Shown: piece by piece, positions 54,501 through 64,000 of the stretch
Position numbering within the stretch: position 1 is the first letter of the stretch
Layout of the letters: each line of letters starts with the position of its first letter
Assembly: GCA_051362555.1 (NCBI GenBank)
Contig: CM120648.1
Location: 13,698,587 to 13,762,586, forward strand
Source of the DNA: Lingula anatina
Lineage: Eukaryota > Animalia > Brachiopoda
DNA: 64,000 nucleotides
Direction: 5' to 3'
Made by a program: the position numbers and the translations under genes
The notes under the pieces: model-generated
The model's input: only the letters and a program-made list of their open reading frames with translations
What the model was told of the DNA's origin: nothing
Database searches by the model: none

Positions 54501-57500
54501 ACTATTTTGATCCATGGAATTTGCCATTGTTTTCAATGTAATTTTTAGTTTTCTCGCATATATTGTCCGAAAAATGGTTTTGATTACACACAGTCAACTG
54601 ATAATCTTATCTCAGATTTTTATTGTTATTAGGCATCATTTACACAAATTTCACAAACATTGGACCAGATTTGTGAAAATTATTAACATTTAACTATTTT
54701 ATTCCATGGAATTTTTCCTTTTTCCAGGTAAACCTTCCATTGCAGCCTTGTGGCTTCTTGGTTGACAGACTCTTCCTGTCTCTTTATGGCTAATGCCTAT
54801 AGAAAAAAACAGGCATTGAAAGACAACATCAGAAGCAGTGCTCTGTCTCATCCATGTGTGCAATACATGATATGTGGCAAGATTAAGGACATGGTCAAAT
54901 GGTGTGCTAACAGTCCAATTCCAGAAACCCACTGTAAGGATGAGTCTGCATCTGGTATTGGTAGTAAGGAGAAGTCTTGATTGGGTATATGTTGTTTTTC
55001 AGAGAACAATAATAGGTAATTTGCCAGTTCCTACACAAACAAACACAAGTCATCACATTTGTTGTTTTATTTGAGATATAATGATTTATTGAAATATTGA
55101 AATATTTGTTTTTCGTAAGTTCTCACTCTTCTGAAATGAATTGGCAATAACATACACTTAGATTAAACACAGGGATGTGATAAGCTTTTCTCAGATTTTT
55201 ATTATTGTAAAGCATCATTTGTACAAATTTCACAAAGATTGGACCACATTTGTCCAAATTATTAACGTTTAACTATTTTGATCCATGGAATTTGCCATTG
55301 TTTTCAATGTAATTTTTAGTTTTCTCGCATATATTGTCCGAAAAATGGTTTTGATTACACACAGTCAACTGATAATCTTATCTCAGATTTTTATTGTTAT
55401 TAGGCATCATTTACACAAATTTCACAAACATTGGACCAGATTTGTGAAAATTATTAACATTTAACTATTTTATTCCATGGAATTTTTCCTTTTTCCAGGT
55501 AAACCTTCCATTGCAGCCTTGTGGCTTCTTGGTTGACAGACTCTTCCTGTCTCTTTATGGCTAATGCCTATAGAAAAAAACAGGCATTGAAAGACAACAT
55601 CAGAAGCAGTGCTCTGTCTCATCCATGTGTGCAATACATGATATGTGGCAAGATTAAGGACATGGTCAAATGGTGTGCTAACAGTCCAATTCCAGAAACC
55701 CACTGTAAGGATGAGTCTGCATCTGGTATTGGTAGTAAGGAGAAGTCTTGATTGGGTATATGTTGTTTTTCAGAGAACAATAATAGGTAATTTGCCAGTT
55801 CCTACACAAACAAACACAAGTCATCACATTTGTTGTTTTATTTGAGATATAATGATTTATTGAAATATTGAAATATTTGTTTTTCGTAAGTTCTCACTCT
55901 TCTGAAATGAATTGGCAATAACATACACTTAGATTAAACACAGGGATGTGATAAGCTTTTCTCAGATTTTTATTATTGTAAAGCATCATTTGTACAAATT
56001 TCACAAAGATTGGACTACATTTGTCCAAATTATTAACGTTTAACTATTTTGATCCATGGAATTTGCCATTGTTTTCAATGTAATTTTTAGTTTTCTCGCA
56101 TATATTGTCCGAAAAATGGTTTTGATTACACACAGTCAACTGATAATCTTATCTCAGATTTTTATTGTTATTAGGCCTCATTTACACAAATTTCACAAAC
56201 ATTGGACCAGATTTGTGAAAATTATTAACATTTAACTATTTTATTCCATGGAATTTTTCCTTTTTCCAGGTAAACCTTCCATTGCAGCCTTGTGGCTTCT
56301 TGGTTGACAGACTCTTCCTGTCTCTTTATGGCTAATGCCTATAGAAAAAAACAGGCATTGAAAGACAACATCAGAAGCAGTGCTCTGTCTCATCCATGTG
56401 TGCAATACATGATATGTGGCAAGATTAAGGACATGGTCAAATGGTGTGCTAACAGTCCAATTCCAGAAACCCACTGTAAGGATGAGTCTGCATCTGGTAT
56501 TGGTAGTAAGGAGAAGTCTTGATTGGGTATATGTTGTTTTTCAGAGAACAATAATAGGTAATTTGCCAGTTCCTACACAAACAAACACAAGTCATCACAT
56601 TTGTTGTTTTATTTGAGATATAATGATTTATTGAAATATTGAAATATTTGTTTTTCCATGTGTGCAATACATGATATGTGGGAAGATTAAGGACATGGTC
56701 AAATGGTGTGCTAACAGTCCAATTCCAGAAACCCACTGTAAGGATGAGTCTGCATCTGGTATTGGTAGTAAGGAGAAGTCTTGATTGGGTATATGTTGTT
56801 TTTCAGAGAACAATAATAGGTAATTTGCCACTTCCTACACAAACAAACACAAGTCATCACATTTGTTGTTTTATTTGAGATAAAATGATTTATTGTAATA
56901 TTGAAATATTTGTTTTCGTAAGTTCCCACTCTTCTTATATGAATTGGCAATAAAATACATTTAAATTAAATACAGGGATGTGATAAGCTTTTCTCAGATT
57001 TTTATTGTTGTAAAGCATCATTTGTACAAATTTCACAAAGATTGGACCACATTTGTCCAAATTATTAACGTTTAACTATTTTGATCCATGGAATTTGCCA
57101 TTGTTTTCAATGTAATTTTTAGTTTTCTCGAATATATTGTCCGAAAAATGGTTTTCATTACACACAGTCAACTGATAACCTTATCTCAGATTTTTATTGT
57201 TATTAGGCATCATTTATACCAATTTCACAAACATTGGACCAGATTTATGAAAATTATTAACATTTAACTATTTTATTCCATGGAATTTTTCCTTTTTCCA
57301 GGTAAACCTTCCATTGCAGCCTTGTGGCTTCTTGGTTGACAGACTCTTCCTGTCTCTTTATGGCTAATGCCTATAGAAAAAAACAGGCATTGAAAGACAA
57401 CATCAGAAGCAGTGCTCTGTCTCATCCATGTGTGCAATACATGATATGTGGCAAGATTAAGGACATGGTCAAATGGTGTGCTAACAGTCCAATTCCAGAA

Positions 57501-59600
57501 ACCCACTGTAAGGATGAGTCTGCATCTGGTATTGGTAGTAAGGAGAAGTCTTGATTGGGTATATGTTGTTTTTCAGAGAACAATAATAGGTAATTTGCCA
57601 GTTCCTACACAAACAAACACAAGTCATCACATTTGTTGTTTTATTTGAGATATAATGATTTATTGAAATATTGAAATATTTGTTTTTCGTAAGTTCTCAC
57701 TCTTCTGAAATGAATTGGCAATAACATACACTTAGATTAAACACAGGGATGTGATAAGCTTTTCTCAGATTTTTATTATTGTAAAGCATCATTTGTACAA
57801 ATTTCACAAAGATTGGACCACATTTGTCCAAATTATTAACGTTTAACTATTTTGATCCATGGAATTTGCCATTGTTTTCAATGTAATTTTTAGTTTTCTC
57901 GCATATATTGTCCGAAAAATGGTTTTGATTACACACAGTCAACTGATAATCTTATCTCAGATTTTTATTGTTATTAGGCATCATTTACACAAATTTCACA
58001 AACATTGGACCAGATTTGTGAAAATTATTAACATTTAACTATTTTATTCCATGGAATTTTTCCTTTTTCCAGGTAAACCTTCCATTGCAGCCTTGTGGCT
58101 TCTTGGTTGACAGACTCTTCCTGTCTCTTTATGGCTAATGCCTATAGAAAAAAACAGGCATTGAAAGACAACATCAGAAGCAGTGCTCTGTCTCATCCAT
58201 GTGTGCAATACATGATATGTGGCAAGATTAAGGACATGGTCAAATGGTGTGCTAACAGTCCAATTCCAGAAACCCACTGTAAGGATGAGTCTGCATCTGG
58301 TATTGGTAGTAAGGAGAAGTCTTGATTGGGTATATGTTGTTTTTCAGAGAACAATAATAGGTAATTTGCCAGTTCCTACACAAACAAACACAAGTCATCA
58401 CATTTGTTGTTTTATTTGAGATATAATGATTTATTGAAATATTGAAATATTTGTTTTTCGTAAGTTCTCACTCTTCTGAAATGAATTGGCAATAACATAC
58501 ACTTAGATTAAACACAGGGATGTGATAAGCTTTTCTCAGATTTTTATTATTGTAAAGCATCATTTGTACAAATTTCACAAAGATTGGACCACATTTGTCC
58601 AAATTATTAACGTTTAACTATTTTGATCCATGGAATTTGCCATTGTTTTCAATGTAATTTTTAGTTTTCTCGCATATATTGTCCGAAAAATGGTTTTGAT
58701 TACACACAGTCAACTGATAATCTTATCTCAGATTTTTATTGTTATTAGGCATCATTTACACAAATTTCACAAACATTGGACCAGATTTGTGAAAATTATT
58801 AACATTTAACTATTTTATTCCATGGAATTTTTCCTTTTTCCAGGTAAACCTTCCATTGCAGCCTTGTGGCTTCTTGGTTGACAGACTCTTCCTGTCTCTT
58901 TATGGCTAATGCCTATAGAAAAAAACAGGCATTGAAAGACAACATCAGAAGCAGTGCTCTGTCTCATCCATGTGTGCAATACATGATATGTGGCAAGATT
59001 AAGGACATGGTCAAATGGTGTGCTAACAGTCCAATTCCAGAAACCCACTGTAAGGATGAGTCTGCATCTGGTATTGGTAGTAAGGAGAAGTCTTGATTGG
59101 GTATATGTTGTTTTTCAGAGAACAATAATAGGTAATTTGCCAGTTCCTACACAAACAAACACAAGTCATCACATTTGTTGTTTTATTTGAGATATAATGA
59201 TTTATTGAAATATTGAAATATTTGTTTTTCGTAAGTTCTCACTCTTCTGAAATGAATTGGCAATAACATACACTTAGATTAAACACAGGGATGTGATAAG
59301 CTTTTCTCAGATTTTTATTATTGTAAAGCATCATTTGTACAAATTTCACAAAGATTGGACTACATTTGTCCAAATTATTAACGTTTAACTATTTTGATCC
59401 ATGGAATTTGCCATTGTTTTCAATGTAATTTTTAGTTTTCTCGCATATATTGTCCGAAAAATGGTTTTGATTACACACAGTCAACTGATAATCTTATCTC
59501 AGATTTTTATTGTTATTAGGCCTCATTTACACAAATTTCACAAACATTGGACCAGATTTGTGAAAATTATTAACATTTAACTATTTTATTCCATGGAATT
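47762..59600 (+). repeat. Young homogeneous zone with tetrameric HOR (3083 bp)
   Basis: Marker monomer (TGGGAAGATT, 770 bp) at 50250, 53333 and, after a deletion junction, 56678; intervening 771-bp monomers are nearly identical. Confidence 0.85.
49298..49626 (+). other. Representative exon-like cassette of the satellite monomer (288 nt, 49333-49620)
   Basis: TTTAAC branch-like motif about 35 nt upstream, AG-free zone, TTTTTCCTTTTTCCAG|GTAAAC, then donor-like TAG|GTAATT 288 nt later. All three frames contain stops. Confidence 0.4.
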
Positions 59601-62600
59601 TTTCCTTTTTCCAGGTAAACCTTCCATTGCAGCCTTGTGGCTTCTTGGTTGACAGACTCTTCCTGTCTCTTTATGGCTAATGCCTATAGAAAAAAACAGG
59701 CATTGAAAGACAACATCAGAAGCAGTGCTCTGTCTCATCCATGTGTGCAATACATGATATGTGGCAAGATTAAGGACATGGTCAAATGGTGTGCTAACAG
59801 TCCAATTCCAGAAACCCACTGTAAGGATGAGTCTGCATCTGGTATTGGTAGTAAGGAGAAGTCTTGATTGGGTTTATGTTGTTTTTCAGAAAACAATAAT
59901 AGGTAATTTGCCAATTCCTACACAAACAAACACAAGTCATCACATTTGTTGTTTTATTTGATTTATTGAAATATTTGTTTTTTTTTGTAAGTTCTCACTC
60001 TTCTGATATGAATTGGCAATAAAATACACTTAGATTAAACACAGGGATGTGATAAGTTTTTCTCAGATTTTTATTGTTGTAAAGCATCATTTGTACAAGT
60101 TTCACAAAGATTGGACCACATTTGTCCAAATTATTAACGTTTAACTATTTTGATCCATGGAATTTGCCATTGTTTTCAATGTAATTTTTAGTTTTCTCGA
60201 ATATATTGTCTGAAAAATGGTTTTGATTACACACAGTCAACTGATAATCTTATCTCAGATTTTTATTGTTTTTAGGCATCATTTATACCAATTTCATAAA
60301 CATTGGACCAGATTTTTGAAAATTATTAACATTTAACTATTTTATTCCATGGAATTTTTCCTTTTTCCAGGTAAACCTTCCATTGCAGCCTTGTGGCTTC
60401 TTGGTTGACAGACTCTTCCTGTCTCTTTATGGCTAATGTCTATAGAACAAAAAAGGCATTGAAAGACAACATCAGGAGCAGTGCTCTGTCTCATCCATGT
60501 GTGCAATACATGATATGTGGCAAGATTAAGGACATGGTCAAATGGTGTGCTAACAGTCCGATTCCAGAAACCCACTGTAAGGATGAGTCTGCATCTGGTA
60601 TTGGTAGTAAGGAGAAGTCTTGATTGGGTATATGTTGTTTTTCAGAGAACAATAATAGGTAAATTGCCAGTTCCTACACAAACCAACACAAGTCATCACA
60701 TATATTGTTTTATTTGAGATAAAATGATTTATTGTAATATTGAAATATTTGTTTTCGTAAGTTCCCACTCTTCTTATATGAATTGGCAATAAAATACATT
60801 TAAATTAAATACAGGGATGTGATAAGCTTTTCTCAGATTTTTATTGTTGTAAAGCATCATTTGTACAAATTTCACAAAGATTGGACCACATTTGTCCAAA
60901 TTATTAACGTTTAACTATTTTGATCCATGGAATTTGCCATTGTTTTCAATGTAATTTTTAGTTTTCTCGAATATATTGTCCGAAAAATGGTTTTGATTAC
61001 ACACAGTCAACTGATAACCTTATCTCAGATTTTTATTGTTATTAGGCATCATTTATACCAATTTCATAAACATTGTACCAGATTTGTGAAAATTATTAAC
61101 ATTTAACTATTTTATTCCATGGAATTTTTCCTTTTTCCAGGTAAACCTTCCATTGCAGCCTTGTGGCTTCTTGGTTGACAGACTCTTACTGTCTCTTTAT
61201 GGCTAATGCCTATAGAAAAAAACAGGCATTGAAAGACAACATCAGAAGCAGTGCTCTGTCTCATCCATGTGTGCAATACATGATATGTGGCAAGATTAAG
61301 GACATGGTCAAATGGTGTGCTAACAGTCCAATTCCAGAAACCCACTGTAAGGATGAGTCTGCATCTGGTATTGGTAGTAAGGAGAAGCCTTGATTGGGTA
61401 TATGTTGTTTTTCAGAGAACAATAATAGGTAATTTGCCAGTTCCTACACAAACAAACACAAGTCATCACATTTGTTGTTTTATTTGAGATATAATGATTT
61501 ATTGAAATATTGAAATATTTGTTTTTCGTAAGTTCTCACTCTTCTGAAATGAATTGGCAATAACATACACTTAGATTAAACACAGGGATGTGATAAGCTT
61601 TTCTCAGATTTTTATTATTGTAAAGCATCATTTGTACAAATTTCACAAAGATTGGACCACATTTGTCCAAATTATTAACGTTTAACTATTTTGATCCATG
61701 GAATTTGCCATTGTTTTCAATGTAATTTTTAGTTTTCTCGAATATATTGTCCGAAAAATGGTTTTGATTACACACAGTCAACTGATAACCTTATCTCAGA
61801 TTTTTATTGTTATTAGGCATCATTTATACCAATTTCACAAACATTGGACCAGATTTGTGAAAATTATTAACATTTAACTATTTTATTCCATGGAATTTTT
61901 CCTTTTTCCAGGTAAACCTTCCATTGCAGCCTTGTGGCTTCTTGGTTGACAGACTCTTACTGTCTCTTTATGGCTAATGCCTATAGAAAAAAACAGGCAT
62001 TGAAAGACAACATCAGAAGCAGTGCTCTGTCTCATCCATGTGTGCAATACATGATATGTGGCAAGATTAAGGACATGGTCAAATGGTGTGCTAACAGTCC
62101 AATTCCAGAAACCCACTGTAAGGATGAGTCTGCATCTGGTATTGGTAGTAAGGAGAAGTCTTGATTGGGTATATGTTGTTTTTCAGAGAACAATAATAGG
62201 TAATTTGCCAGTTCCTACACAAACAAACACAAGTCATCACATTTGTTGTTTTATTTGAGATATAATGATTTATTGAAATATTGAAATATTTGTTTTTCGT
62301 AAGTTCTCACTCTTCTGATCTGAATTGGCAATAACATACACTTAGATTAAACACAGGGATGTGATAAGCTTTTCTCATATTTTTATTATTGTAAAGCATC
62401 ATTTGTACAAATTTCACAAAGATTGGACCACATTTGTCCAAATTATTAACGTTTAACTATTTTGATCCATGGAATTTGCCATTGTTTTCAATGTAATTTT
62501 TAGTTTTCTCGCATATATTGTCCGAAAAATGGTTTTGATTACACACAGTCAACTGATAATCTTATCTCAGATTTTTATTGTTATTAGGTATCATTTACAC

Positions 62601-64000
62601 AAATTTCACAAACATTGGACCAGATTTGTGAAAATTATTAACATTTAACTATTTTATTCCATGGAATTTTTCCTTTTTCCAGGTAAACCTTCCATTGCAG
62701 CCTTGTGGCTTCTTGGTTGACAGACTCTTCCTGTCTCTTTATGGCTAATGTCTATAGAACAAAAAAGGCATTGAAAGACAACATCAGGAGCAGTGCTCTT
62801 TCTCATCCATGTGTGCAATACATGATATGTGGCAAGATTAAGGACATGGTCAAATGGTGTGCTTACAGTCCAATTCCAGAAACCCACTGTAAGGACGAGT
62901 CTGCATCTGGTATTGGAAGTAAGAAGAAGTCTTGATTGGGTATATGTTGTTTTTCAGAGAACAATAATAGGTAATTTGCCACAACCTACACCAACCACAT
63001 TTGTCCAAATTATTAATGTTTAACTATTTTGATCCATGGAATTTGCCATTGTTTCCAATGTAATTTTTAGTTTTCTCAAATATATTGTCCGAAAAATAGT
63101 TTTGATTACACACTGTAAACTGATAATCTTATCTCAGATTTTTGTTGTTATTAGGCATCATTTATACCAATTTCACAAACATTGGACCAGATTTGTGAAA
63201 ATTATTAATGTTTAACTATTTTGATCCATGGATTTTGCCCTTTTTCCAGGTAAACCTTCCATTGCAGCCTTGTGGCTTCTTGGTTGACAGACTCTTCCTG
63301 TCTCTTTATGGCTAATGCCTATAGAAAAAAACAGGCATTGAAAGACAACATCAGGAGCAGTGCTCTGTCTCATCTATGTGTGCAATACATGATATGTGGC
63401 AAGATTAAGGACATGGTCAAATGGTGTGCTAACAGTCCAATTCCAGAAACCCACTGTAAGGATGAGTCTGCATCTGGTATTGGTAGTAAGGAGAAGTCTT
63501 GATTGGGTATATGTTGTTTTTCAGAGAACAATAATAGGTAATTTGCCACTTCCTACACAAACAAACACAAGTCATCACATTTGTTGTTTTATTAGAGATA
63601 AAATGATTTATTGAAATATTGAAATATTTGTTTTTCGTAAGTTCTCACTCTTCTGATATGAATTGGTAATAAAATACACTTCAATTAAACACAGGGATGT
63701 GATAAGCTTTTCTCAGATTTTTATTGTTGTAAAGCATCATTTGTACAAATTTCACAAAGATTGGACCACATTTGTCCAAATTATTAACGTTTAACTATTT
63801 TGATCCATGGAATTTGCCATTGTTTTCAATGTAATTTTTAGTTTTTTCGAATATATTGTCCGAAAAATGGTTTTGATTACACACAGTCAACTGATAATCT
63901 TATCTCAGATTTTTATTGTTATTAGGCATCATTTATACCAATTTCACAAACATTGGACCAGATTTGTGAAAATTATTAACATTTAACTATTTTATTCCAT

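Larger units (their letters stand above)
17140..64000 (+). repeat. Macrosatellite: ~62 head-to-tail monomers of ~770-771 bp, continuing past the window end
   Basis: The same sequence and the same short ORFs recur every 770-771 bp (e.g. 48533, 49304, 50075, 50845, 51616). Monomer = ~390-bp unique block + 2x ~192-bp subrepeat, with two NcoI (CCATGG) and usually one HindIII (AAGCTT) site. Length variants of 346, ~567, 582, 712, 756, 961-965 and 1032 bp occur. Confidence 0.99.

Noticed and set aside
17526-63614. Recurring 61-120 aa ORFs on both strands as a tandem gene family
   Set aside because: They overlap in several frames, many start at non-ATG codons, none resembles a known domain, and they are broken by indels in some copies. 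Their recurrence simply mirrors the DNA repeat.
16025-64000. Hammerhead ribozyme in the minisatellite or macrosatellite (as in newt or schistosome satellites)
   Set aside because: The minisatellite has CTGAGGA followed directly by GAAA, with no stem II or stem III. The CTGA sites in the 771-bp monomer, on either strand, do not match CUGANGA.
17460-64000. Intronic C/D-box snoRNA, tRNA, 5S rRNA, snRNA or spliced-leader gene in each monomer
   Set aside because: No RTGATGA box C with a paired box D, no cloverleaf or Pol III A/B boxes, and no recognisable snRNA/5S/SL sequence by eye. An Infernal/Rfam scan would be the formal test.
17140-64000. 771 bp as a tetramer of the ~192-bp unit
   Set aside because: The length fits (4 x ~193), but the unique block shows no visible similarity to the subrepeat.

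Overview
Eukaryotic, AT-rich, non-coding DNA; the repeat types suggest a marine invertebrate, but that is inference. No credible protein-coding gene, rRNA, tRNA or CRISPR array is visible. Bases 1 to ~17.1 kb are intergenic or intronic. They hold a complete 2.2-kb Helentron-associated (HINE/DINE-1/pearl-like) element, several MITEs and foldbacks, microsatellites, a 3x~105-bp palindromic repeat and a 14x~60-bp minisatellite. From ~17.14 kb to the window end (still open) lies a head-to-tail macrosatellite of ~62 monomers of ~770-771 bp. Each monomer has a ~390-bp unique block plus 2 (range 1-3) copies of a ~192-bp subrepeat that resembles HINE core repeats. Monomers are organised in nested higher-order repeats (2-, 3-, 4-, 9/10/14-mers), with older copies at the edge and near-identical copies further in. 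Essentially every monomer carries, on the + strand, branch point + polypyrimidine tract + YAG|GTA (a 3' splice site fused to a 5' splice site). Most also carry a donor 288 nt later, and many an AATAAA. A CpG-rich candidate first exon with a GTAAGT donor lies ~3.5 kb upstream of the first acceptor. The array may therefore be a transcribed, spliced tandem-exon or ratchet-point satellite; this is a hypothesis that needs RNA data. The many ORFs in the track are copies of a few short satellite frames.
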